This document shows positions 32,287 through 48,069 of a stretch of DNA of 64,000 nt, in pieces. A program made the translations under genes and the position numbers. The DNA is from the human T2T-CHM13v2.0 reference genome, Homo sapiens, in assembly GCF_009914755.1 (NCBI RefSeq), contig NC_060937.1, one strand, 5' to 3'. The notes under the pieces were generated by a model that had not been told where the DNA came from, made no database searches, and saw nothing but the letters and a program-made list of their open reading frames with translations. Numbering within the stretch: position 1 is the stretch's first letter; each line of letters begins with the position of its first letter.

Positions 32287-32710
32287 TGTTATGGGCTAAA
32301 TGTTTGTGTCCCCCACAAAATGTATATGTTGATGCCCTACCCCACAATATGATGACATTTGGAGGTGGAACTTTTCAGAGGTAATTAGGCCTAGATTAGG
32401 CCACAAGGATGGGAGCCACATGGTGAAATTAGTGCCCTTATAATAAGTGGGGGCACCAGAGCTTTCTCTCTTCCCATTTACATAAACCAAGGAAGGGCCA
32501 TGTGAGCACACAGCAGCAGGAAGGTGGCTGTCTACAAGCCAGGAAAGAGCTCTCAAAAGAAGCAGATCTGCTGGCACCTTCCCAGGCTACAGAACTATGA
32601 GAAATGAATGTCTGTTCCTTAAGCCATCTATGGATAGAGGGATAATCTATCCACCTGGTTAACACCTTCCAGTCTATGGTATTTTGTTACAACAGCTCAA
32701 CCTAAGGCAA
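32287..32710 (+). mobile_element. MaLR LTR (MLT1A/MST-like)
   Basis: tgttatgggctaaatgtttgtgtcccc...agtctatggtattttgttacaacagc. Confidence 0.8.
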
Positions 32711-33014
32711 TCTGCTTCTGCCTGTAAGTATACTTCTGCATCCAGCTCCAAATGCACATGTGACTGCTTCTGTTCTGTGTGCCTGTGTGTCTGTGTATGT
32801 TTCTCCTTCTTCTGCATGTGGTTTCATTGAAAGGGCCAGTAATACTTTAGGCATTTCTGTAAAACAGTTATGATTATGGCTCCTATCTTATAAGATTGTT
32901 ATAAGTGTTTGATATGATTATTATTTTATACTTATCACTATCGATCAGTAGACTTGAATTAAAGAAGTTCAAATTTATTTTGTCTTACATTATTATTCAT
33001 AAAGGCAGTTTTAA

Positions 33015-33230
33015 TGGTTAAGACTGGGTTTGTATCTCAGCTTTACCCACCATTCATCTATCTATCTATCCATCCATCCATCCATCCATCCATCGACAGC
33101 CTCAGTTTTTCCATCTGTAAAATGGACACAATAAGACTATTTCCCTAATAGCATAGAGTGAAATAATCCATGTAAACTGCTTAGTACAATGTCTAGCACA
33201 TAGTAAGCACATACTGTATGTCAGCCAATA
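33015..33230 (+). mobile_element. MIR with internal (CATC)n
   Basis: gcctcagtttttccatctgtaaaatgg...tctagcacatagtaagcac. Confidence 0.75.
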
Positions 33231-34840
33231 GAAAGAGCGGAGTTCAGTGGGAAATTATAGTACTTGAAGGGAGAAAAATCTACAGATACAGGTCATGATG
33301 AGGATGCAGTGGTGATGACTCTGCAGGCATCTTCCCAAGGCTCTGACTCCTCATGGGAGGACGGGGAAGACAGGTCACACTGAGTCTGTAATGGAAGGCA
33401 TTCCCCACCCTCCACCCCAATAGATGGGATCGATGGTCATGGGTGTCGAGTGTTGCCTTTCTTCAGCGAGCAGGAATGCTGGCTTGTAGCCCTGTGGCAT
33501 CTCTATGTTGAATGTCTCCCTCCAGAACTAGTTTGAACACTGATTCGTTCTGTGAGGACAGACCTCTGTGGATCCTTTATTGCGTTTTTCAACTGAATTT
33601 CTTAGCACATTCTTAACAAAACTGAAAGCAGATGTCTGTGTTTATAAAGTAAGATGAACTAGACACAGGAAATGTATTTACAAGAAACGCTAACGTATCA
33701 AGTTGAGGAAGGAACTTGTTCTCTTCTGTTTTTACGAAGTGAGAAGGTTAGAAGGTCAGCCATAGCCTTGTGTCTGGTTTTCTGGGGTGCCCCTGGCACT
33801 CTTGTTGGGGCTTCCTAATTCCTGGATCCTGTCCCTGTTGTGTGCAGACATGCATTTCTGTGTTGTTTCGAAGAAAAAACTGTTATTAAAAGACAATTTG
33901 GCACCATCTCTCAGGTTCAACTACCTGCATTTTCCTCCTTTGTCCCCCTCTCCACGATAATGACTAGAGGGTCCTGAGGTAGGTAATGACCGATGGGCAG
34001 AAGTGGGGAGAAAGGCCAGGGAAGCTAAGTCGTCATACCACCTGAAGATTCTGTCTGTATAAGCCCTTCTCAGCGCTGGGGCTGATGGCCACACCTGACA
34101 TCCATCCTCTCCTCAAGGAACCTCGAAAAATCTCTAGGGTGTGTGCTTTTTGCCTATTGATAATAATAAAAGTGTAAGCAGGACTGTGATCCTATTACAA
34201 CAGCCAGCGTGTATGGAGTCTTTCCCATGTGCTGGGATTACACTAAGTAAGAACTTTGCAAGCATTCTCTCAGGCCCTCTCTTTCAAGACTGTTGGTAAT
34301 CAGGGCTCCTATCAGCTCATTGGCGTTGTTACAGCTGTGCCACTTGTTAAAACCTGGAGATGATGCCTGAACACATCAAGTGCCTCCAACACACCCATTG
34401 CTCTGGGCTGAGGTAGGGCGTTCTGAAGGGCTGCCCTGGTGTCTACCCCTCTCCAGCAACATTCTGGGCCTCCAACAGCTCCCATCTGCATTTGACACTC
34501 CCCCAAACAGACTGGGCCCAGACCTTGGAGGGGGAGAGGCCACTCTGGAACCCCAGTGGGAAAAGCCCAGTGCCCACCTGGCTCTCTAAGCTGTGTTTAC
34601 ATGCCACCATCTGGTGCCCTCTGTAATTACTACAGCTGCTTATTAGAGCAGCCTCCACAGTGTAGAATACAGCATACAAAATATTTTGAATGTCACCTTG
34701 CCTTTCTTTTGCTTTTTGCATCAACTACAACAGAATTAAGGCAAAATCAACTAAGCGTTTTCTAAAATCTCCCCAGAAATTAAATGTTTTTCTTTTAAAA
34801 AAAATTTTAAATTGTTTTATATGTTGTTCAAGCTAGTCTT

Positions 34841-35626
<786 letters not shown>

Positions 35627-35716
35627 CAGGCTAGTCTTGAACACAGGCTGTAGCTATCTTCCCTCCTCAGCCTCCCAAAGTGCTGGGATTACAGGCGTGA
35701 GCCACCACACCTGGCC
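35627..35716 (-). mobile_element. Alu monomer 5' part; its 3' part lies at about 34790-34840
   Basis: cctcccaaagtgctgggattacaggcgtgagccacc. Confidence 0.75.
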
Positions 35717-37110
35717 TTTTTCATTTTTAGCTATTGTTTTAGAGACTTTGTTTGTACATATCCATAATTATTACACAGTTGTAATCACGGAAAAGTTTAT
35801 TTTTTAAATCTTGCTTCTTTCATGGAACATTATGACATAAGTATTTTCTCAAATTGTTACAGATTTCAAAATTATTATTTTAATAATTTATCAGATCCCA
35901 CTTGGAAGGGATCTCATAAATCAGAGATCTGATCCCATACATTTCCCCAGCAGGTATTAGCTAGCCAAAGTTCTCCTGATGGGCCAAATTCATAGTCCTG
36001 AAGAAGAAATCCCTGTAGAACGTCACAAGCAGCCATAATTACAATGTTGCCAAGACACCTGGTTCTTTGCTTCTACATTGTTTGTTTTACTGCCCTTTTC
36101 TTGGGGAAGCTCAATGCCTGCGTTACTTTGAAGCTTTTGGTAGAGGTACTAAGCCTTCAACTAAAGCAAGGCAACTAGAACAAGCTGTTAGTTTTGAAAA
36201 CACAGCCTGTCCACTAGGTTCCAGAATGAGGCCACTAATTTCTCAGAAACATCACTTCATGATCTCAAGGAGACTAATTTGTTGATTTATGAGAACATTT
36301 TTAAAAATCGGGTCACCCTTTCCCATGCCCTAAATCAATTGTCACTACACTTTGCCATGTCTTTTTTCAAGTCAGGAAAGTAATAAAGAAAAATAAGAGA
36401 AGGCTTGAAAACACTTGATATTCAGCACACTTTCCTGTGGCTAAGGTTTTAGATTTTTTTTTTTTTTTTTTGGTAGAACATAATATTATCCCATGCTTAG
36501 CTTGCTAAAGGCAATTTAGCAGCAGGATTTACCTAACAGAACAGTTTTGGCTTTATCTAATTTTAGGTAATTACCTCTCTTTTCAAAGCTCATTTCTCTT
36601 GTGCTTTTGCTGGTCTTGATGTGTCACACAACAGCATTCACCCCCAGGATCTACTGCTCTTAAAGCAATAGAAAGAACAGCTCAATTTCCTTTATCAAAT
36701 ATCAAGCATGAAATATAGGTCCACGTGTAAAATAAGGAATTTGATACCAGTCATAAAAATCTACCCACAAACAGGTGGAGAATAAAAAAAAAAAGCAAAA
36801 TGCCTAGATCAATAAAATATTTCATAAACCCAAGCAAACACTAACATTACTGAGAGCTGGATATCTAATCTGAGTCATTACCCAAATAGGGCGACTCAAG
36901 CTATGTTCACCCAATCCTGGATATTTTCATTCGAAAGGCAAGGCTTTCCTGGAACAAGGTTTGCTAATGCCTTAATAAAGTTAGTCACTGCAAACAGAGG
37001 GAACTCAGCTAGCTCCACAGCAACCGCTCATATATATATATATGATAAACATGTTTTTCCTTATAGAGCTTTTTTCAATCTTTGAGCATGTTTTAAAATG
37101 CTTTATTTCA

Positions 37111-37431
<321 letters not shown>

Positions 37432-38049
37432 TCAAGTAAAGGGGTACATTTGCAAAGATTCCCTGCAGGGAAAAGGGGGAAAATATCACTTTTTTCAGGA
37501 CTTCCTTTGTGCCAAGTATTGAGATGGTATCTTTGCAGTGCTGTCTCACAGAAATTGGCCAAAGCAAAAACAAACAAAAAAAGAAATTGGCCAAACCACA
37601 CCTGAAAACTGTTCCCAGGGGCTCCACAGCACTCGGCCAAGATGCCCTTATAGTCTCTTGGCCAAGGAGAGAGCACATGACCTTAAATAAATCAATCATC
37701 CTCTCTCCCTGGAACTTGACTCTTGAGTAGAGTGTCAAAAAGACTGGAAGTGATGGAAAGTAATTTGTCCCCATGGCAATATCCTGAAGAGATTCTCCAT
37801 TAGATCTATGAAGTAGCTCTGATTCCTCTAAGTATTTTCTTATCTTTTAACTCTTTGAATGACCCCCATCCTTCCAATGTATTTTTTCCTCCTTAAGTTA
37901 ATTAGGGTCGGTTTCTGTTGCTTGCAATCGAAGATCCCTACTTGCTACCTCTATCACTCTGTCTCTGACATCTCCACTCCCTGGGGCTGCCCACCACATA
38001 ATTCCAAAAGGCACCATTCACATTGCACTGCATGGAGTTGTGAATGGTC

Positions 38050-38985
38050 TCCTTGGCATTGTGCAAGTCATGGCTCTGTTGCAACAGTCTATTCTAGACA
38101 CTCCTGCCAGGGGCTGTCTTTCTAAAGAACACATATCAATCTGTCATTTCTTTCCTTGAAAACCTTCAGTGGCGCTCCATTACAATAAATACTAAGATCC
38201 AAAAGGGCTTCAAGACACTGCATCTGCCTCCCGCTGGTTTTCTCAGCATCACCATTCACTACATGCCCCTCCCTTTCACACCATCTGGCTCCCAAGGCCA
38301 GGCCAATTAAACAAGCCATTCTACACCCTGCATTCTTCATCTTCTGTGTCTGATCCAGCACAGGAATCTCTTCCCTTTTTTCTCACAGTACCTCATCGGT
38401 CAACATTCTAACCACCTTCAGAGACCTGCTAACATCCTACTCACTGACTTCCTAGACCTACCTGGTCAAATGACTATATTTCTTTATCTTGCAGTTGACC
38501 AGTTGTACTTTGTTTGTGCCCCTAATTATTGCACTTCCATTGCTTGTCTCTAATGAGAGTCTTGATCAAAAGTCTTTTCTTGGCTGAGTGTGGTGGCTCA
38601 TATAAGCCTATAATCCCAGTGCTTTGGGGTGGCAAAGTGGGAGGATCCCTTGAAGCCAGGAGTTCAAGACCAGACTAGGCAACATAGTGAGAGCCCGCTG
38701 GGCACAGTGGCATGCACTTGTAGTCCCAGCTACTTGGGAGGCTGAACTGGGAGGATTGCTTGAGCCCAGGAGGTCAAGGCTACAATGAGCTGTGATGGTG
38801 TCACTTCACCCCAGCCCGGATAATAGAGCAAGATCCTGTCTCAAAAAAACCAGACCAAAACCTTCTTCTCCCCTATTTTATTGCAAACTCCCAGAGGACA
38901 ACAACTACACTACCGGCCTGGCATCTCCCACAGCTCCCTAGCAGAGCACCTCACTCGGTTCATGTTTTCTATTCAACAGAATGGA
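38050..38985 (+). mobile_element. L2 fragments interrupted by an AluJ
   Basis: ctgccagg...tctttctaaa...aaaaccttcagtggc...; diverged L2 tail near 38930-38985. Confidence 0.55.
38582..38850 (+). mobile_element. AluJ lacking the central A-rich linker
   Basis: gtgagagccc joined directly to gctgggcacag. Confidence 0.85.
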
Positions 38986-39160
38986 AACCTTTACAATTCT
39001 CTTCAGGGAGCTGGAAAGAGTTAATATCGGGAATCCTAGGAAAGTAATTTTTATGAACTAGGCTTGTTCTCTTATGTCCCCCACCATATAATTCTCTCTC
39101 TCAAGCTCTGTGTCCTCAATGCCACTGGGGGCTCTGAGTCCCTATCCAGCTTTATGATGA

Positions 39161-39493
<333 letters not shown>

Positions 39494-39741
39494 AAGAAAC
39501 AGTCTTGATCTTCAGGTAAATTTCCTTCACTTTATTACCAGAGAGAACTATGCAAAACACCTGAAAGAGTGAGTGAATTCAATGAATAAATGTGTTAAGG
39601 AAAGAAAATTTTCTCAAAAACAGATGCTTTTCTTCAAATGTCAAATGACCCATCATCATTCTTGGAACTTTATTTTCTGAGAGACACCGAGTATGCACGT
39701 CATTTTAATAATGTCTTGGACAGTAATATATTAAATTTTAG

Positions 39742-40079
<338 letters not shown>

Positions 40080-40444
40080 TTATGTATACAAAAGAGGGTC
40101 ATATGAAATATTATATTACTTTTTTTATTAAAATATGTCACATTGTACCCAGCATAAAAACAATAGTAGAATTTAAGGGCATCATCAGGGAGTTCAAATT
40201 TCTCAGTTGGAAATCTTGCACAGTTAGAAGTGGGTTATATTTAAGAACAATGGCATTTTATTTTAGTAACTTGTTCCCTTCCTGGTAGAACATTCATCCC
40301 TGTTACTTTTGTGAATTTCTATTGCTTTTAGCCTAATATAGTGACTCATTTTCCTGCACTGAATCACTGACTGTAATTTCCTAATAAAAGATCATTGCAT
40401 TATCTGGCATGGCCTCTTTGAAACGTCCTCATTCTGGATTCTCC

Positions 40445-40787
40445 AAAAAAAGGAAAGAAGGAAGGAGAGAAGGAAGGAAGGAGAGTAGGAAGGAAGGAAA
40501 AAATACAGGAAAGAGGGAAGGAAGAGGGAGGAAGGAAGAGAAGGAAAGAGAAAGGAAGAAAGAAGGGAAGGAAGGTAGGAAGAAGAGAAGGAAGAAGGAG
40601 GAAGTGAAGGAAGGAGAATGGAAGGAAGGAAGGAGATGGAAGGAAGGAAGAAAGGAAGGAAGGGGAAATAAGAAAGGAAGGAAGGAAAGAAGGAAGGAAG
40701 GGAGGGAGGAGAGGGAAGGAAGGAAGGGAGGGAGGAGAGGGAAGGAAGGAAGGAAGGAAGGAAGGGAGGGAAGGAAGGAGGGAAAAG
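40445..40787. repeat. GA-rich (GGAA)n-like polypurine tract
   Basis: About 340 nt, almost entirely G/A on the + strand. Confidence 0.95.
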
Positions 40788-41364
40788 CCACTATCTTCCT
40801 TTGAGCTGGCACACAGCTTGAGTGATGCTCTTTCTCTAAGGCCTTATACAGCCCCTGAAGCTCCTTTATGTGAAATCTCCACCCTCCTATGGTGGGGATG
40901 GTTCTGAGTCTGTCCCCTACCGTGGCCAGCTGCTTGATTTCCTGTCTTCATAAACTGCCCTCCACAGGCGCCCTCCCAATCTCCTCTCTTCTCCTTTGCC
41001 TAGTGCTCTTTTTTCTCTTCCCTTTATTTCTGGGTATTCTTCCTTTTCACATTCACTCAGCAGGAAGAACAGACAGTCCCATCTGAGGACTATTTGAGTC
41101 TCTCCAGAAATCGACTCCCATTGCACCACTTCTCCAAGGTCCTCTCCACTACCAAGCTCCCTTCCCTATTCAGTGCCAATAAAACCCCAGTTCCTTCTTT
41201 GGGTGCTGTGTAACCCTCAAGACTTCCACAGCTAAGGAAGTAAAGGAAGATCCTTACTCCTCTCAAATCTATCTGTCTTTAACTCCTCAGAACACCTGCT
41301 CTTATACAACAAGAAAATGGTGAATTTATTCATCTTTAAAACAAAAAAAAAAAAACAAGATTCT

Positions 41365-41672
41365 AGCCAGGTGTGATAGCTCATGCCTACAATTCCACCA
41401 CCTTGGGAGTCCAAGGTGGGAAGATCACTTGAGCCCAGAAGTTCCAGACCAGCCTGAACAACACAGCAAGGTCCTGTCGCCACAAAAAATTTAAAAGACA
41501 GCTGGGCATGGTGGCACATACCTGTAGTCCCAGCTCCTTGGGAGACTGAATTGGGAGGATCACTTGAGCCAGGAGGTCAAGGCTACAATGAGCTGTGTTC
41601 CCACCACTGCACTCCAGCCTTGGGGGCAGAACAAGACCTTGTCTCAAAAAAAAAAAAAAAAAAAAAAAAAAA
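41365..41672 (+). mobile_element. AluJ
   Basis: Dimer with long polyA; TSD aagattcta. Confidence 0.9.
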
Positions 41673-41871
41673 GATTCTAAAACTTAGGTTGTTTTAAATT
41701 AATTTTAAATTACACAAATAATATAAATAACTTCAAGAGTTATAGATAAATTTAAAGTCTTCTCGCTTCCAATCTTAATACCTGCTTTCACTAAGCTGTT
41801 GTGTATCCTTCCAGATTATTTCCTGTGCACTAACATATATATTTGGGTAGCTGTTGAAGCATGTAGAATTA

Positions 41872-42201
<330 letters not shown>

Positions 42202-43184
42202 TTATTTGATTTTATTTTAGGTTCCAGAACTAATAATGGGAGTCGAGGCCAAATCTTTAAGAGGTTACAAATGCCTGTTAATGGCCTTTAGTGATATCTT
42301 TGTGCTGTGTGGTGTCATTCTCAAAGGCAGACAATTGCTCTACCAAATTGCCAACTTGAAGCATAGTGTCTGATAACAACTGTGGATTTTTGAAAAACAG
42401 CATTGCCCTGTGGGATGCCTGTGGCCTCACTTACTGCTGGTAGTCATGGCAGGAATGGATGCGGGAGGCTGGGATCCCCCAGCGTGGCTGGGAGTGTTGA
42501 CTGCCATCTTCCCTTAGGGGTGTGCATCTGAGGTCCATGCTGCTCCTCAGAATCTCAGAATTCTGTCGTGGGTGCTGCAAAAACTGACTAAGGAGGCCAA
42601 ATGCACTTGGTTTACATTCTTCTCTCTAGATCTTTGGATAAAACAATTTAAAAATTTCGCCCAGTGTAACTTTGTTTATTTTTGTGAAGCAAAATCAAAT
42701 AAGCCAAGTGCCATTGGAACTCCTGGCAGCTTCCTAATACTTAATACTTGATGAAAGTCCTGCAAGACAATCCAGACTTGATGAGGACGGGAAGCCGATA
42801 TTTAGTCGATGATGGCATCATCACGTCGATGTTTTTTTCATTTCCTAAGGAATGCTGGCTGCACACCAAGAAATGAAAGTTGTTGGTTAATGGATGCTAA
42901 TGGGAAACCTAATGAGGCAGTGGAGGCCAGCACTTTTCACGCTATGGCCCATGGCAAAGCAGAAGATTGATGGAGAGATGAGAGCACTGCCAGTTCTTCT
43001 ATAAGTAAAAGAAACATCTCATCCAAAAGATGTTTCTCCAGTAATGGGGTGAAGCTCCTTTACCCACAGAAGGCTGAACCAGTATGAAACAAGGCCAGGC
43101 ATCACTCAAGTTAGTCCAATAGCAAAATGCATTTACATACGTAAATAAATATATATATTACCTTTCTATACGACGACATCTCTC

Positions 43185-43687
<503 letters not shown>

Positions 43688-43689
43688 TA

Positions 43690-44192
43690 AGATATATATA
43701 GATTTGTGTGGCCCCCACCAAAATCAGACTATCCAACAGTTCTATCACCCCCTCAAAATCCCCTCTTATATACCTCGATAGTCACACCTCCCTCCCTTGA
43801 ATCTCTGCATCTACTGATCTGTTTTCAGTCACTGTGGTGTTAGGTTTTTGAAATGTCGTATAAATAGAGTCATAGAGAATGTAACCTCCTAAGACTCAGT
43901 GTGTATGACATTAATCCGTGGTGTTGTATGTATCAATAGTTCATTCCTTTTTATTGCTAAGTACTATTCCATTGTATGACTGTTCCCATGGTTTGTTTAT
44001 TCATTTACTGGTTGAAAGGCATTTGTGTTGTTTCCAATTTTGGTGATTGTGAATAAAGCTGCTATAAGTAGTTACACACAAATTTTCGTGTGAGCATAAG
44101 CTTTCATTTCTCTAGGGTTTAAATACCTAGGAGTGGGATTAATGGGTCATATGGTAAGTGTATGTTTAACTTTGTAGGAAACTGTCAAACTT
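43690..44192 (-). mobile_element. L1M (MB/MC-type) fragment
   Basis: aatagttcattcctttttattgct...atacctaggagtgggatt. Confidence 0.8.
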
Positions 44193-44222
44193 CCCGCCTA
44201 AGCAACAGAGCAAGACCCAGTC

Positions 44223-44392
44223 TGATATAGTTTGGATGTTGTCCCTATCCAAATCTCATGTTGAAATGTAATCCCCAGTGTTGGAGATGGGGCTTGGTGG
44301 GAGGTGATTGGATCATGGGTGCAGATTTCTCATGAATGGTTAAATATCATTCTCTTGGTACTGTCCTCGCGAGATGTGGTTGTTTAAAAGTG
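44223..44392 (+). mobile_element. MSTB-like LTR 5' part
   Basis: tgatatagtttggatgttgtccc...aaatctcatgttgaaatgtaatccccag; cut by the MER4 LTR. Confidence 0.85.
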
Positions 44393-44840
44393 TGTAAAAG
44401 GAAAATATCTTGGGGCCCCAAAAATCACTAAGTTAAAAGGAAAAGTCAAGCTGGGAACTGCTTAGGGCAAACCTGTCTCCCGTTCTATTCAGTCACCCCT
44501 CTGCTCACTGAGATAAATGCATATCTGATTACCTTCTTTGGAGAGGCTAACCAGAAACCCAAAAGAATGGAACCATTTGTCTCTTATCTACCTATGACCT
44601 GGACGCCCCCTCCCCACTTTGAGTTGTCCCGTCTTTCTGGACTGAACCAACGTTCACCTTACATACGTTGATTGATGTCTCATGTCTCCCTAAAATGTAT
44701 AAAAGCATACTGTGCTCTGAGCATTTTGGCCACATGTCATCAGGACCTCCTGAGGCTGTGTCACAAGTGTGTGTCCTCAATGTTGGCAAAATAAACTTTC
44801 TAATTTAACTGAGACCTGTCTCAAATTTTCTGGGTTCAAG
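44393..44840 (+). mobile_element. MER4A-like 5' LTR
   Basis: aaaggaaaatatcttggggccccaaaaatcactaag...caggacctcctgaggctgtgtcac...aataaactttct. Confidence 0.88.
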
Positions 44841-45792
44841 TTTTGGTAACCATGAAGGGATTCTGAGCGGAGGTGCCCCTGACCTTTGACAAATCTATTG
44901 GTGCTTGGAACCAGCATGAGCTAATTTTATGGCTCAAGCCAATAGGACAATTTGCTGAGGTCTGGGAGAACCCCCTCCAGAGAATCCCTGATCTCCCAAA
45001 ATTTGGTCAAGATCTAAAGTTTATTTTGCTGTACAACTCCCTTTTTCTTTTGAGTTTTACTTGCTTCCAACAAGGAAGGCAAGTTTTTCCTGCTTCCATG
45101 ACAACGGAAGGCAGGTAACTCCTTTATGGAGTTTGAGCTCACTTCCAACAAGAAGGATGAGGGTTTTTTCCTGCTTTTAGGGTGATAGAGAGCAGTCTTC
45201 AGCCTGAGACCCATCCCTAGGTAAGTAACTGAATTGGGGTTTGTCTTGGCTAAAGTTAAGATTAACAACCAGCTTGTCTTAATTTCTCCTCACCACTAGA
45301 GCGCTCAATAGTTGTATAAGTTGTGCGATCATTTGTTTTGCTTAACTGCGTTTTTTGTTGTTGTCGTTTGTTTCTGTTCTTGTTGTTGTTTCAGTCTTTT
45401 TCCCACTGGGTTTGATCAACTCTATCCGGCTTGATCAAATCCAAAGGAAAGTTCCAAATTATGGGGAACAAGGCCTCTGAAGTGGCTAAATTCCACCCCG
45501 CCACCCCCCCCCCCACACACACACAAAAGGTGGTATGGTGGGGGAGAAAAACGGCCGGAAAAGGAAACCAAAAAAAAAGAGGAAAGATTTTTCATTTTGA
45601 CTACTAAGGGACTTTATTTACATAACAAGGCCACCTTTTTGCTAGCGAGGCCCAACCAAGAGAGCAATGGCTGTACTTCTGAAATAGCAGCAATTTGTCC
45701 TAGCTGAAATATGGTGATGAGATCTTAAAAGATTTTTTTTAAAGGAGCTCAATGATGAAAAGTCAGCTTAATTAAAAGCTAACATTCAAGAA

Positions 45793-46330
45793 GTGTGTGT
45801 GTATGTGTGCGTGTGTGTATGTATGCATGTGTGTGTGCATATGTGTATGTGTGCATGTGTGTGTACGTGTGTGTGCATGTGTGTACGTGTGTGTGCATGT
45901 GTGTGTATGTGTGCGTGTGTGTATGTGTGTGCATATGTGTGTATGTGTGCGTGTGTGTATGTGTGCGTGTGTGTATGTGTGCATGTGTGTGTATGTGTGC
46001 GTGTGTGTATGTGTGCGTGTGTGTATGTGTGCATGTGTGTGTGCGTGCGTGTATGTGTGTGTGCGTGTATGTGTGCGTGCGTGTGTGTATGTGTGCGTGT
46101 GTGTATGTGTGCATGTGGGTGTATGTGTGCGTGTGTGTATGTGTGTGTGCATGTGTGTATGTGTGCGTGTGTGTATGTGTGCATGTGTGTGTATGTGTGC
46201 GTGTGTGTGTATGTGTGCGTGTGTGTGTATGTGTGCGTGTGTGTATGTGTGCATGTGGGTGTGTGTGCGCATGTGTGTGTGTGCGTGTATGTGTGCGTGT
46301 GTGTGTATGTGTGCATGTGTGTGTGTTTGT
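45793..46330. repeat. Long compound (TG)n repeat with TA/CG/CA interruptions
   Basis: About 540 nt of near-perfect purine-pyrimidine alternation; recurrent unit gtgtgtatgtgtgc. Confidence 0.97.
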
Positions 46331-47467
46331 ATTTAAAAGGCCTTCATATTTTTGCTTTTGTTTTTCCCCTAGGATCTTGTCTTTTTTTTCAGCAAAAGTT
46401 TTTTTCTTCTCAGTTGACCGAATTCTGTTTTCTTCATTTACTTCTGCTGTGTCTTCTTTCTCTTGCACTCTCTGTAGCATGGGTAACCTAAAATAGTTTA
46501 TAATAGCCTGGGGTTCCTTAAAGAAAACTGAGAAGGCGCCAGACTCCCTCTGAGGGAGAAACCTGTTTTTCCTTATGGAACCCCAAGAATGTAAACAGAC
46601 AAGTTCATCTCAGCTCTTAAACGGCTTACTTTTGTATTGTGTTACCTGGTGTGTTTTTCAACTAAAATAGTTATTGCAACAGAGGTTACTCTCGGGTTTT
46701 TAAGGAAGAGTGTGGTTTAGACACTTAGAAATATGTTTGTTAAAAAAAAGTTTTTTTCTTTAAGTGCACTGTAAGAGCATCACATGGTCTAGCCTCATAA
46801 TAATTCTCCCTTTTTGGAGACCGAGATTCAATTTCATACCTATCCCTACCAGATACTACAAAGCATCAAAATTTGGCATAGGGGTTACAAAACTATAAAC
46901 CCAACCCAAAACAGAATGATCTTTGCTTGTGTAGTCTTTAATAAATAAGACATTGATATTGGTTTAATAAAAATAGCTACATCTCAAATTTAGTAAGATT
47001 ACCATAACTTCTAATCTTATGGCTTTAGGTGGTCTAGTCCACAGCCAGTAAGGTTTGTTATCATCTTTGTTTCAAGCTAAAATATAAACTAAGTTCCTCC
47101 CAAAGTTAGTTTGGCCTATGCCCAGGAATGAACAAGGACACCTTGGAGGTTAAAAGCAAAATGGAGTCAGTTAGGTCAAATCTTTTCACGTCTCAGTTAC
47201 AATTTTGCAATGGCGGTTCCATAGCTTTAAATGATGACTATCACAGTTTTCATAAATAATCTAGGTAAACAATTAAAATGAAATAATTAGGTAAATGTAA
47301 TAGGATAAATACTTGTAGACAAACTCATAATTTAGAATCTAAAGTTATATTAAACTAAATGATAAATATTTCATTATTTGGGTATTTTCCAATAAAAATA
47401 TATTTATAGGAAAACATTATTTCTAAAAAAAAAAAAAAAAATCTGTCCTTTTAAAAAAGGTGAACTT

Positions 47468-48069
<602 letters not shown>

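Noticed and set aside
31827-32347. WMDG/IHPS repeat ORFs; regular repeats that might suggest an array
   Set aside because: Simple (TGGA)n repeat with no unique spacers; eukaryotic DNA, so not CRISPR
32631-32653. 8-bp hairpin TGGATAGA/TCTATCCA in an insertion within the MLT1A-like LTR
   Set aside because: Too short to distinguish from chance or a local template-switch event
40409-40812. K/E/R/G-rich and F/L/P/S-rich ORFs
   Set aside because: Low-complexity GA tract
45772-46496. Longest ORFs in the track (166-233 aa, HT- or CV-rich)
   Set aside because: Translations of the (TG)n repeat, open only because the repeat lacks stop codons
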